64,000 nucleotides of DNA from Isurus oxyrinchus (lineage: Eukaryota). The stretch lies in assembly GCA_026770705.1 (NCBI GenBank), contig JANJGN010000026.1, positions 33,232,001 through 33,296,000 of the forward strand. Reading direction: 5' to 3'. Below are positions 23,681 to 37,170 of this stretch, piece by piece. Each line of letters starts with the position of its first letter. Position 1 is the stretch's first letter. The notes beneath the pieces were generated by a model, which was not told the origin of the DNA, did not search any database, and saw nothing but the letters and a program-made list of their open reading frames with translations. Made by a program: the position numbers and the translations under genes.

Positions 23681-26600
23681 CTTTCATGCTCTACTTTCAT
23701 TGGTTCCAATCGAAACTTTTCCCTTTTTTGTTCAGAATCCGAAATATTCGCAAACTTGACTTTCTGTCAATAAAACGTATTAACTTTGGATGCAAATTTA
23801 CAGCCGGAAAGCGTCGGTTTCTGATTCTGGTGCTGTCAGAGGTGAAGATTCAGTGTTCACAAAATGAACTCCCACCATTCAGGTTATATGGCAGCCTAGC
23901 GATATTTTCCGTACAGTGCCTATATCGGTTTGTATCACTGAATATTCAGCACACAATAAAACATCCCACTGTCACTCAGTTCTACATCTTTCAGGATTAA
24001 ACTGAAAAAACGATCTGATACCCGGAGTGTTGAATAGATTCGGCCGCCCACACGCTCTGCTTACTGCCCTCCCTCTGAATTCATTTTGATTTTCAGTGTC
24101 AGCGCCTTCTCGTTTCTTTGGTGCCAGAAAAGATCATATCGGCGGCGACCTGTGGAGTTTCAACAGGGCAATACCATTCATCCTTTCTCCAAACATGATA
24201 CTGATGATGCAGGTTGCTTAATTGTATTTGAATAGTACAGACTTTCGAATAGTCAATGAACAGAAGACAAATGGATGTTTAGATACTGGAGACAACAATA
24301 AATCCTCGTTCCTTTCCTTCATCGCACCAACATTGTATGAGGCCATTCAGCTCATCGTGTCAGTGTAGCCTCTTTGGCAGAGGCACCAAATTGTTCGCAC
24401 TTCACTGTTCACCCTGCTTTGTCTTGCAAAGGTTTCCATTTCAAGTATTTACCCAATTATGTTTTTGACATTTGTTATTGAAACTGCTTCCACAACCTAT
24501 CCGGCAGTGCATTCCACAACTCAACAACTTAGAGTGCAAATAAATGGCTGCTCAGGTTGCCTTTGATTCTTTTGCGAATTAATTCAAATCCAAGTTCTCT
24601 GATTACCGAGATTTCCGCCGGTGGATGCAACTTCCCTTATTTATTCAACTAAAACAGTTCATAATTGTTAATATCTCCATCGCATGTCCTCTCAATCGTT
24701 TCTGTTCAACACAGAACAACCGCAGATTCTCAAGTCGCTCCACAAAGCTAAAGCCTCTCATCAGTTGAAGCTTCCTAATAAATCTCTCCCGCACCTTCTG
24801 CAAGACCGTCAAATCATTCATCAGGTGTGGTTCACATATTTATACACAACAGTCCAACTGAGAACTTAACAGCTTTCTAGAAATGTTTAGCAAAGCATCC
24901 TAATCCTATTGATAAAATCAAGAATTTAAATTCATTTTTACAGCAGTCCCAGCCTCCACTACCAACTTCAAACGTTTGTGCACTTTGCAAAGTCTCCATC
25001 TCTCTGTTCCGACAGCGCCAATGAACTTGCATCATTATGTTCATATCGGATATCCTCATCACCTTCAGGCATGAAGAAAGTCAAACAGAGATAGGTGAGC
25101 AAAAAGTATCTGGAGAGGTGCAGAAAGGCTAACTGCAAGATACAGAACCATATGTAGATAACTGTTGAATACCTTTAACAGAATGCACATCACTTAACTT
25201 GCTGGGATTGGGGGGTCTGGTGGTTGGGGATTCCAAACAATTACATATTGTGTGGAGTCAGGATGTCACATCGGAAAGACAGGGATAGTTTTTTTGTACG
25301 GGCCTCTCGTTGTCTGGTGACGTTCTGTTTCCTAGAACCTAGCTATCCACAGTGCTGTCAGACAACTTCGCCTAGTGAATGGTTAAATGGACCGTTCTTG
25401 CAGCTTTATGTAAGGTAGCACATATCACATGCTTCCCAAAGATGTTTGTTATGACTTGGCAGACCTGGATGTGTGCCAGACGGACCAAACCCACAAGGGA
25501 AACTTGGCCACGTTATCACAGTTTTGCAATTTGTTTTTATTCCGAGAAGTTTTGTGCACTGAATTCAGAAGTAATGAGCCTACTGGAACCTTTAGAGATT
25601 TTTTAAAAACTATATTTAAACATATATTAACAACAGGAAATATTTCAAGCACACACACATACGTTTAGAGTTGCTGAATACTATAACAGATATCAATCTT
25701 CCTAATTTACCTGATTTCAAACTGCACACACCTATTGGGGAAATATTCTAAAATAGATTTTAAATTAAAATAAATACAAGCAAGCAAGGTTAGCAAAGGA
25801 CACACTCGACAGCAGAATTCCAAAGGATTTTACCCAACTTTAGCTCCTCGACACAGTTGACGTTTGCTCACATGGTTAGAGGCTTCCCCAAAGCTATTTC
25901 ACACACTCCTGTTAGATCTTACATACTTTCTGAAACACGGGCCCCATTACCTCAGTGGGTTGAATGATTGTGAATATCGGTGTCAAGCAGATGAAAGGCA
26001 GCATGTTATCAGATTAAGAAACACACCAGCAACAGAGGCTCAGGCCCACAGCAAAAACTTCATAAATCCTGAACAATATGGTATTGGGCACAATCCACCC
26101 TCCGAGTGAACAGTGGAGTTACATGAGTCAGCCACCTGAAAACTTCAAAGGAATTTAAATCTCTGCGATCCATGTGTGGAAATGGCAGCTTCGATGACAG
26201 GCTGACAGGTTGTTCGACATATGTCAATTTCCATTACCCCCCGAATCAACATCACTGAAGCAGATCACCAGGTCATTATCACCTTGTTCTTTGTGGGAGC
26301 TGAGGTGGTAAATTGCCTGCCATGTTTCCCACATAAAGACACTCCAAAGCCTTCTTTGGTTGTAAAGTGCTTTTTAAAGTTCTGATGTCATGAAAGGCAC
26401 TGTATAAATACATGTTCCTCTTTCTTTATTGTTCTTGAGAGACATTTTGAGAATCAGAGCCAGAAGATGGGGTTGAGTTCTTTATACTAAGTGCAGTGTT
26501 AAACGTTACAATAAAACTCACCATCTGGACTGTCTCTCCCTCTGTATTTTACTCTCTTTGTGTATCTTTGTGTCACTCTCTAGCTCTTTATTTCCATAAC

Positions 26601-27662
26601 TCTATCTCTGAATTGTTGTGTGTCTTGAAGGAAGTTGAAGAAAGAAATATGCAGACAAATTAAGGAATTTAGTAACAAACAGATTAATAATAATGGGGCT
26701 TGCGCAACGTAGTATTACGTCAGTAGAAGAAGTATGTAAAGGGGCTAAGGGAATTGAGTTCCCACAATGTGCACTGTTGTCTTTATAAAGCAAAATGCAA
26801 ATAAAAAAGAAAGGCAAGGTAACGGCGAATGAAACTGATCAGGGTGAGAAGTAAAGGCAGTGGAGCATCTAGGCATTGATGACTATAACAAAATATGCTC
26901 CAAGATGAGGATAGGGATTAATAAAATTTTGAGGGAAACCAACTAACCATCTGGTTGATTGAACGCTAGGCAATTCCAGTGAAGCGGGATGGTCGAGTGA
27001 TTGAGGTAATGGGCATAAAATAGAATAAATGAATGCTCACGTGCAATTGAACTCCATTCCTGGGAGTTTGTTTATCAGTGCTGCTCCTACTTTTGTTGAT
27101 TAAAGAAAATGGAGGTAAGGTACTGAAGTTGATGGACAGAGCAACAATTCTCTTAGTAAATGCGGAGCAAGCTCTAGGGGCTGAATAGCCTCCTTCTGTT
27201 CGTGTACGGAAATATTATGTCTCCAGATGCAGAGGTTAAGTTTGTCCCAGGGAGAGAGATGCAGAGAGGGGGACCGAAAAATAGAATGTTGGGCTGACAG
27301 GGAAATAACAAGCAATTTATTTAAAGCAAAAAGAAATTTTGGCACAGTGTGTGACAATGACAGATAAGTTCAGGGGTTTAAAAGACGCTCTTGGAAAGTC
27401 AGTTGTTGAAGACGATTGGGATTTAATTGGGGCAACTGAAGGCAATTGGGATTAAAACCATTAAATACTGTAGTGTTTAACAAAACAATGTTGTAGAATT
27501 GGCGGGTATATGAACTCCTCGTATTTCTGTCTTACATCTCCCCATCTTTTAGCAGATTAATAAAAACAACTAATAAATAGTGGAGGTGAGTGGGGATGTT
27601 AGAGACTGCCGCTCTCAACTACCACATTTTCTAACCACCTAGCCTCAATGCCTGAGGGACGT

Positions 27663-27965
27663 GCAGCTGTTAACCATTCTCACTGTTCAGTTTCCCCAGT
27701 TCTAAACAACAGTTAAACGATCGGTTTCTGTACTGCGGTCGCTAACAGTTCGATGTCCGTTGCTCAGCAGAACCGGATTTAGTCAGACTGAAATCGCACA
27801 ATGGGACAAAATTAAAACACAATTTGCTGGAAATCAGAAATTGAACCGAAGGATTTTATAGAATAAGCGGCGGGGTCTCTCTCTCTCTCTCTCTTTGACT
27901 GTCTCTGTTTCTCCCTGCCTCTATATCTATCTGTCTCTGTCCTCGTCTGCCCCTCTCTCCCTTAG
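27663..27965 (+). repeat. About 300-bp dispersed direct repeat, copy 2
   Basis: Aligns with 23110-23410. Confidence 0.8.
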
Positions 27966-27999
27966 ACTAACAGTTGCGTCAAATCTGGGTGTGATTTAC

Positions 28000-28230
28000 A
28001 GGGACATTATAGAGGGAGCTTTACTCTGGATCTAACCCCGTGCTGTACCTGTCCTGGGGGTGTTTGATGGGGACAGTATGCAGGAAGCTTTACTCTGTAT
28101 CTAACCCTGTGCTTTACCTGCTCTGGGAGTGTTTGATGTGGATGTTATAGGGGAAGCTTTATTCTGTATCTAACCCCGTGCTGTATCTGCCCTGGGCTTC
28201 TTTTTGACAACGTAGAGGGAGCTTTACTTC
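28000..28230 (+). repeat. About 69-bp minisatellite, roughly 3.5 units
   Basis: Repeated GGGAGCTTTACTCTGTATCTAACCCCGTGCTGTACCTG.CCTGGG.GTGTTTGATG. A more degenerate array lies at about 51600-51830. Confidence 0.8.
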
Positions 28231-29472
28231 GAGAGGGAATGAAATAGAGAAAGGACGCGCAGAGAGAGGACGAGAGAGAGATCGTGAGCATTAACTTTTC
28301 ATATGCAACTTTAAAAATTATATTATTGCTCTAAAATGAGTTGCTTTGTAGTTAAACAGACTGTCTTTTTTTTCCAGACCTGTTTGGCCGGACATTCAGA
28401 AACACAAGATCGTTTTTAAGAAATTGCTTTTTTACTGAAATAATCCTTTTCGGTTCAATCAAAGAAGTTCCTCGGGGTTATTTTCCTGTCGAACTTTTTA
28501 GCTTTTGATCTTTTATGCGCCCTGGCATTTGAAAACCAACTGCTAACTGAATCCTAACGGAAGGTTTTCTGCTCGTGTTTGCACCGACTGTATTACGTTC
28601 AATGTTACCGTGCATAACTTCGTTTCATCTAGTATGTTTCACTTTCAGTTAGGTTTAAACATCATTGCGTCAGATAGCTTGGAAATTGAAAATAAGATGA
28701 TTTTGAAAATAACTTGATTTCTTTCACTATGTTGTCTGCTATGTTCCATTCTATTGCAGTTTTAGCTCCTTACTTTGCTCAGGAGTATTATAACAAATTA
28801 TACGCATCTTGTGAAATTTATCAATCGGTTTACTTTGTCTGTTTCTCTCTGTCTAACTTCATTGGATTCCATGGATATGTTTTGTCCAAGTAGAGAGTAA
28901 CACCATATCTCAGCAACTGTAATTTTTGATGATTCATATTTGGCACTAATTCCGATGTGTCAATGAAGAGAAAATGTCCACTAAATGGAAGCAACATCCT
29001 GTTCAGTGGGGAATTTGTAATCAACATGAGAGATAAGAGTGACTGATGATTTAGTAGAAGTGCCAGCGAGATTTGATTTAATCACACGACACTTTTAAAT
29101 GCTGCGTTAAGAGGGCAGCAAAGAGACCAAATTTCTCAGGGAATATATGAATACAGCCAGAAGTTGCTTCCCAACACAAATTACCGTGCTGGGCCATTCT
29201 AGAGGGCACTTAAAGCTCAACTACATGGCTGGGGCTGTGGAGTCACATGCAGGCCAGACCACGTAAGGACTGCAGGTTCCCTTCTCGAAAGGACATTAGA
29301 GAATCAGATTTTTTATGACAATAGATGATCGCCATTGGGACTAAGCTGTTTTCAATTCGAGATTGGTTTTATTAATTTATTGAACAGATTCAATTCCACT
29401 AGTTGCTGTGGGGAGCCGGGGTGGGGGGTAGGGGGGGGGGAGATTGAACCCAGTCTCCACATCAGCACCGCC

Positions 29473-29994
29473 TGAGAGTTGGAGAAGTTTTGTAAAACGG
29501 GGAGAACAGAATAGAATCAGGAGGATAACAATCCTGGAAATATTGCACCACATCATAAAGTAATCACGATGTAATACAACGCAGTCAACATCTGTAAGTG
29601 ACAGACACCGGCTGGTCAACGCGTTCCTAAGTGACCTAAGGCCTTACAGGGACCAGTGATATTGCCGCTACCCCACCGTCCTGCATAACTGCTAAGATAA
29701 AGTGGCAATTATGTACTCGCATTGCCGTGAACTTCACTACAGTGCCATGGTCCAACAATGGTGATGAAAAATAATGAAAACTATTTAATAAAGCAGAGAT
29801 CAATTAGAGAAGTCTAAGAACTCTTTGTCGCTCAGATAACTTAGGAACGCGTGGACTTGCTGATGTTGCTCACTTTCAGATGTTGACTGTCTTGTATTAC
29901 ATTGTGACTACATTATGATGTGATGCAATATTTCCAGGAATATTGACCTATTTTATTCTGTTCTCCCCGCTTTACAAAACTTCTCCAACTCTCA
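29473..29994. mobile_element. Long inverted-repeat (MITE/foldback-like) element
   Basis: Arms of about 160 bp: TGAGAGTTGGAGAAGTTTTGTAAA...ACGCGTTCCTAAG at 29473-29635, with its reverse complement at about 29835-29994. Confidence 0.75.
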
Positions 29995-31060
29995 CATGGA
30001 GCTAGCACACATATGGTTTGAAAAATGATAATAACTGAAAATATTGAGATTAATGCTGCCATGTTCCCTATTTCCTAACAATCTCTTGGTAGAAACATTT
30101 GCTCAAGTTTACAAACCGCCAGAAGAATTCGCTGGAATGCATATATTTCACTGTGGATTTTTTTTTTCTGACTGGTATAACTGCCATCCTGCGGTTTTTG
30201 TTTTTCAGCTCAAAAAATAAACTAGGTCATCAAAACCCTGTTGTCTCAGATATAGATAAAGGGAAGATGGAGGAGAGCAGATTAATAAGTCAAATTATCA
30301 GAAAAGTGAAGGCGAGCTGTTTTAAATCCAGTCCAATATTCTTAGTGTGGGAGTAGAGAGCCTTTTGAGGGGCTGCGCTCAATAACTGTTCATGGATTGG
30401 TGCACAGAATATCCCATTTGCTTACGCAGCGCCGCAAAGGCCAGTCCTGAGGCCAAGTCGAGTTACATACACCATTTGTACCAGTGTTGGGTGAAAAACA
30501 GAAAAAGATGTGGACAGGCCCACAAGTTGCTATAATTAATTTACTATTTCCATCAACAATTACAGAAATCAAAGGACGGCCCAGTCCATCCAGACTGCTC
30601 CGTAGTAGGAATTAAGTAAATTGGAATTGCAGTCACTATGGTAATGTAGGAAATGGTCAAATTATGCATAGCAAGCTCCCACAAAGAGCAGTGTGATCAT
30701 TTGTTTCACTGATATCGTTTGAGGTTTAAATGCACAGGAGATTTGACCAGCTCTTTTGTGCAATAAGTGGTGGGGTGTTTAAGGTCATCCTCGGGGAGGA
30801 GGGCGGGAGTGCGTGAGAGGCGGAATTTCCATTTAATAGCTCATCCGAAAAATGCCACCACGGACATTGCAGCACTCCCTTCATACTGGCAGGAGAAGTG
30901 TCAGCCTGAGTTATGTGCTCACGCCTCTAGAGTGGGGCCTGAACACACACATTTCTGATAGAGAAGCAGAGTTGTGAGATGGAACAGTTAAACTGAGCCG
31001 CGGATAGCACTTACCCACAAAGGGTCGGTTTCTTTGAGCTGGTAGTTCTACATCACTGCG

Positions 31061-31532
31061 GGTTTTTTTACAGCGACAGATGAGTTTTAAACCAGTGTGT
31101 TGCGGCGGTGTCCTGGATTTCCGCTCAAGTGATCGTTAGAGGAAACTTCTTTCCTTCGTTAGTCTGACCCGCCTCGGATTTCCCTTTGGTAAAATCTGCA
31201 TCTCTTTTACTGCTTCTATCTCGATACAAAATAAAACGCAGAACCTGATTCGTGTGCTGTCTGTACCAGTACAGGCCGGGATTACTATGATTTGTTGTGT
31301 AGCTACAGTCTATTTTCTTGCTGTCTCCTTCAGTAACATGCAGTGAGGTCTGAGGTTGGGACACAGAATCTGCCTGAATCAAACCTGAAATAAAACGTAA
31401 CGAAAAACGAATGCAATACTGAGTTTAAAAGTCTATTAACATCACATAACTGCAAACGGATAAAATGATCTGGCTGCACCTACCGAACATCAGCCACAAT
31501 AAAATCAGATGACGATGTGGCATAAGCCACAT
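31061..31532 (-). pseudogene. TCR alpha/delta V pseudogene with leader (31484-31532), V exon (31100-31384) and 23-RSS (31061-31099)
   Basis: Leader MWLMPHRHLILLWLMF|GTAGG. V reads ADSVSQPQTSLHVTEGDSKKIDCSY...WYRQ...FPLTIT*AEIQDTAA, with a stop and the YxC motif deleted. RSS is CACACTG-23-AAAAAAACC. Confidence 0.88.
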
Positions 31533-32869
31533 TATATCCTGAGCAACAATCTCTTCGAAAAGCAGATATATTTACTGTTGCAATCTGTTACATTAAGAAA
31601 CAGTTCTCCAGAGAGCTTTAACGGAAGGGGAGTAAGGGGCGGGGGCTTTTGTAATTCTTCTGTAATTCTTTTCCAATAAGAAGTAGTGAATGAGTAAACT
31701 CGGTCACCACATTTTGACACGAGTGCTGACTGGCCAAATATAGTTCCTCTACTTCCTCCTACGCCGTCTAATGGCATCACTCAGTAGATGGAAGGAGGAG
31801 GGGACAATGATTGGCGGCTGGGGGAACTATTCTGGATGGAGTTTCTGTTTGGCAATTCGCCCCTCCCTCCCCTCCTCACACCTCTTGGTCAGGAGAGAAA
31901 ATAATGAGGTCATTTAAAGAACAACTGTACATTCTTCATGTTGCAGGAGGAAAATAGCGAACCAGAGAAACTCGGAGAGAGAATAACAGGACTGAAAAAG
32001 ACGGAAGAGACACAAATAAGGAAGGGAAGGGTGAATAAGAAACACTGAGGAAGAAATCACACGATGATTGCCATAAGGGAGCAGCTGCTTTTCCCAATGT
32101 TGTTCTAGCCATTGCCCAGTTATGGGCGACGGTGGCAAGATCGGCATTTATTGCCCATCCCACGCTTCACATAAGGATGTTATGATGAGCCTTCTCCTCC
32201 AACCGCCAGTGTGTGTATGGTGAAAGTGCTCCACAGTACAGCTTACACCGGAGTGAGAATTGACTGTGGTTTGTAGGATTAATTGATAACACAGCACATA
32301 AAGAGGTCATGTGGTTAAGCGTGCATGTGCTTGAAGCCTGCAGGAGTTATCCAATAAACGCGAGGCTATTTTCTTTTTCTGTAGACCTGCATGTTTCATT
32401 TTGAAACATTTATCCAATTGCTTAATATTGTATCCGCTACCATCATTCTTTCAGGAAGGCTTTCAAGATCACAACAACTCGCCTTGAAACAAGTCATTAA
32501 TCCCGCCCCCCCCCCCTACCCCCCACCACCCCTCGTCCCCGCCCGCCCCGGAATTATTAACTTCAATCGATACCATCTGATTATCGACCCTCCTGCCAGA
32601 AGAAAAGATTTCTCCTCATGTACTTTCTAAGGAAATTTTCATAAATTTGATGATCTCAATTAAAATTCTCCTTAGTTTCTCTGTTGCAAGGGAACGAAAA
32701 GGTTCCTCGATTCACTCGAGCTAAATGATATCCGTAATCCTTGACACCATTGTGTTAGAACATGAAAAATGTGTTTTTCATCATTTTCTTAATGACAAAT
32801 TTTATTTTTGAAGAGTCGCTCCATGGCAGATGCCTTTGCTTATCTCTCCAGCTTTTCTCTGGTATAACG

Positions 32870-33211
32870 ATGATTTATACGGAGTAGAGTGGCTTTGAAA
32901 CACTGTGACCCTCAATCCGCAGAAATAGATGGTGCTGTCTTTAGGCTCTGCTGCAGAAATTGACAAAGGAAAAACTTGATATTGACGGAAATCACGAGCA
33001 TCGAATTTTCCGTTCGCAAACTCCGCATCCCTGCACCTAGTTTTATCATAGTACAACAGAGACTGGGGTGCCTGGTTCGGGCACAGCCGGTACCAGCAGC
33101 AACACGGATCATGAGAACTGGAGTTGTATTTACAGTTCAAAAGTGGATTATCTCCCTCATGTACCTTCAACTCATATTGACTCTGCATTACCGAACTCCC
33201 TTGGGTTTTAT
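32870..33211 (-). CDS. TCR alpha/delta V exon (32908-33211), open frame, weak RSS; functionality doubtful
   Basis: TTTTACAG acceptor, then DKTQGSSVMQSQYELKVHEGDNPLLNCKY...WYRL...FPLSISAAEPKDSTIYFCGLR. Perfect CACAGTG heptamer (32901-32907), 22-nt spacer, poor nonamer ATAAATCAT. Leader not resolved. Confidence 0.8.
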
Positions 33212-33699
33212 CTGTAAAATAATATAGAAACTTCAGTTAACACACTTACTGGTTACGAACATTCCAGTCCACAATTACGGTATAACTATTATAAGGGACA
33301 TTTGGATAATTCACACTAGAGAAAGAAAGACATTTTAACATTTACGGATTACAAGGGGTAGAATGATAAGTCATATCAACACAGGGCTCACAAGTCCCAG
33401 TATACCTATTACAAAGGAGATCAGGAACAGCTCAACAGCCGTCATCTCTAAAGTCCTGGCAAAATATTCCTGACCATAATGTTAAAGTCTTACCAGGCAC
33501 GTGCTTAATCAAGGTTTGTTTCCTTGGCTCACGATCACCACAATGATATCCCGAAAGTTGCTCTGTTACAAACAGCAGAAATGACCAGGTGATAGACGTA
33601 AGCAAGAAATAAACGCAGTTAGCGGCAGTCCAGTTGGGGTAGCAAAGATCACTTGTGTGCATGGTTACGTCACTCTAGTGGAGTACTAGGTGCCACAAA

Positions 33700-35460
33700 A
33701 CCCACTGTAATATAAATAGACACATAATCTGGATTATTATAAAGAAATGTTTAGCTTCGTAATGCAATAACTGAGGCAGGCCTTGTGCAATATAAATGAA
33801 AGTAATGTTTCAGTTATTTTAACCAGAGACATATTCTAAGTAAGTGCTAACTCAGTGCTTTGTGAGGTAGGCATGGAATACCGAAATAAAAACTGAAACA
33901 AGCATCTAGCGTAATTCAAACGAAGACAAGATTTAGTGCTGATATAATTGCACAACCAGTGGTGAAGTTTAAACACTGACGGATCATGGTCTAACATAAA
34001 GAAACAATTTCTTCAGTGCAGTGATGCCTTGTTGAGATACAAGGTCTAGTGTGAAATAAAGATAGAAATGAGCTACCGCGGTAATAACTGACGCAAGCCG
34101 ATCCTAAACTAAAAGGATACACGTCTATTTTAAAATAAGCAATGACTTTGACTTGTGCTGTGAAAACTGAGATAGGGTCTTGCGCAATATAAGCAACCAC
34201 GTGATTTGAAGCAGAGCATAGAAAAGCGCTACGCATAAGATAAAGAGTTAGATAGTACAGTGCTAACAATGAAAGGTCATCTAATGCAATAATTGCTTGG
34301 ACACAGTCCAGCATAATACAAATGGCGACATGATCTACTGTCGCAAAAACAGAGGCAAGGCCGAGTCTTTAATAAGTTGAAACACACATTCCTGTGCATT
34401 AATATCTGTGGCAGAGTTTTGTGTAATATGAACAGAGATAATATTCGTACACCAATAACTGAGATAGGATTAAGTGTAAATTAAACAGTTGAACAGTGTA
34501 ATGTAATATGTAGAACAGCATCTACTGCAATATAAACATGGCTGGGAGCTTGTGTAATATGAACAAAGAGAGAGTCTAAAGTTGCAGTAACTGGGCAGGC
34601 CCTCAATTATTGTAAACAGTAACTTTATCCAGTCCAATTATGACGAATACAGCGCCCAGAGCAACAAAGGAAGTGTCATGTTCTTGTAATATAAACAGGA
34701 ACAGGGTCTCCTGGCATATAAACTGAAACATGGCCGACTGCACGATTAACTGAATCATCCCCCAGTGTATTATAGCTGAAGCAGAATTTAATTCATTAAT
34801 ATCTAAGACCTGGCCGACTGTAATGTCAGAAGGGATGTGTTGGACGGCAATGATAAACTGACGCCGGTTCCGTCCGAAAACAAACAGACACATGGTCGAA
34901 TGGAGTAACAATTAAGAGATGGCCTAACACATGTTAAAGAATAGAAGGAGCTGAGATCGACACGGGTGCAAAGACACAGGAGACGAGTCCAGTACAAAAT
35001 AGAATAATATGTGATCTCGTGCAGCAGCTACGGGATTGCACTGAGACCGAGTCTGTAGGAGATAGAACAATGGCATGGTGTTCTGGGATATTGAGTCAGA
35101 AACATGATCTAGTGTGATATGAAATCAGATAAATGCCCGGGGTAATATGGACTAACAGAGATCTAGTGTAATGAAAACTGAGATAAGGCCTGGAATAATC
35201 TGCAAAGGGACATTTCGCATTTTACAACAAACAAAGATAGGATGAAAGTTAACAGAACTATAGTCTGGTACAGTATTAAATAAAATAGGACCTAGTGTGA
35301 AATAAGCAGGGGACGAATCTCATGCTGTAATAAAATGCCACTTAATCCAATATAAACAGAAACATGATCTGGTTTAAAATGATCAGCGGCATGGTCTAGT
35401 GCATTAAAAACTGAGAGAGGACACCCTTTAAAACCAGTGGCATCGTCTAAAGCATTTTTT
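33700..35460 (+). repeat. Highly degenerate minisatellite, unit about 25-27 bp (TCTAGTGTAATATAAACAGAGACA-like)
   Basis: Recurrent GTGTAATATAAACA/CTGAGA variants. Further patches at about 37490-37660, 39950-40080, 40890-41000 and 48880-49230. Confidence 0.5.
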
Positions 35461-36049
35461 AACAAAGCCTGCTGTAATCGAAAGGAAGGTATGGTCCTAC
35501 TGCCACCAGGTGGACGCTGAATGCAATGTCCCCAGTTCGCCGATGCCAAAACGTTGATGGAAAAGGTAGCTCTCAGGAGGACGCTAAGATTCTGTAAAGG
35601 AATACAAACCGGTTAAATGTGTGGAAGCAGCATAGAAGACGGACTTAGCGTGAAATCCTGCACTTGGTGATGGTGCTGGATGGATGGGGGGATGGTGGTG
35701 GTGGGGGCGGGTGTTGGTGGGTGGGGACAGGATATTACTTATAGATCACGGAAAGTTAAAATTCTGGCACAGTCTGCAGTTAGGAAATCAAATGATATGT
35801 TAGCCATTTTGGAAACGGATTAGAGTAAAAGAGTTTAGAAGCCTTACAGCAATTGTATAATTAATTCTATATATCCCAGTGAGATTTCCTAGGGTACTGT
35901 ACACAGTTTTGGTTTTCAAACCTAAGGAAGGATGTATTTGCCTTAGAGAGGATAAAACAAAGGTTGACCACATTAATTCCTGGTGCTTGTCCCATGAGAA
36001 GAGGTTAAGTCGGCTTTGCACACGTTCCACTGAAGTTTTTTAAATTATT

Positions 36050-37170
36050 TTTTTTTAAGGGATGTGGGCTCCGCTGCCTGGGCCAGCATTTTTTGCCCAT
36101 CCCTAATTGCCCTTGAGAAGGGGTTGGTGAGCTGCCTTCTTGAATCGCTGCAGTTCCTGTGCTGCAGGTGCACCCAAAGTCCAATTACAGATGGGATTCC
36201 AGGATTTTGACCCAGCGACAGTGAAAGAGCGGTGATATTTTCCCAAGTCAGGATGTTGGGTGGCTTGGAGGGCTGATTCCTGATGTTGGTAATCCCATGT
36301 GTCTGCTAGTCGTGGTCCTGAGTTTGGAAGGCGCTGTCTAAGGAGTCTTGGTGAATTCCTTGGTACACACTGCTGCTATGTGCGTCGGTGGTGGAGGGAA
36401 TGAATGTTTGTGGATGGGGTGCCAAATAAGTGGGGTGTTTGATCATGGGCTGTGTCAAGCTCCTTGAGTGTTGCGCTCATCCAGACAAGTGGACATTATT
36501 CCACCACACCCGTGCCTTCTAGATAGTGAACAGGCTTTAGTGAGTCAGGAGATGAGTTACTCGAAGCACGATTCCTAGCTTCTGGCCTGCTCTTGTAGGC
36601 ATACTTTCATGTGCATAGTCCAGTTCAGTTTCTGGTCAATGGTAACACCCAGGATGTTAATATTGGGGGATTCACAGATGGCAATGCCATTGCACGTCAA
36701 GGGGCGATGGTCAGATTCTCTCTTGTTGGAGATGGTCATTGCCTGGTACCTGTATGGCGTGAATATTACTTGCCACTAATCAGCCCAAGTCTGGACATTG
36801 GCTCGGTCTTGCTGCATTTGGACATGGACTGCTTCAGTACCTGAGGAGTCGTGAATGGTGCTAAACATTGTGCAATCATCTGTGGACCTCGTCACTTCTA
36901 ACCTTCTGATCTAAGGAAGGTCATTGATGAAGCAGCTGAAGATGGTGGGGCTAAGGGCACTACCCTGAGGAACTCCTGCAGTGATGTCCTAGAACTGAGA
37001 TGATTGACTTTAAACAGCCACAACGATCTTCTTTTGTGCTGTGTATGACTACAACCAGCGTAGAGCTTTCCCCCAAATGCACATTGACTCCAGTTTTGCC
37101 AGGGCTCCTTGACGCCACAGTCAGTCAAATGCTGCCTTGATGTCAAGGGCAGTCATTTTCAACTCCCCTT
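36050..37170 (-). mobile_element. LINE reverse transcriptase fragment (CR1/L2 clade)
   Basis: Minus strand gives DIKAAFD..., GVPQGSALSPTIFSCFINDLP and a DDCTMF-like motif, ending in the 3' tail also seen at about 7.7-8.0 kb. Confidence 0.7.

Noticed and set aside
23302-23759. ORFs rich in ER or SL dipeptides (also 1678-1920 and the Pro/Gly ORFs at 1939-2321)
   Set aside because: Translations of (CT)n/(GA)n and poly-C microsatellites.
28000-28230. Regularly spaced repeats resembling a CRISPR array
   Set aside because: Whole units repeat without unique spacers, and the context is vertebrate; this is a minisatellite.
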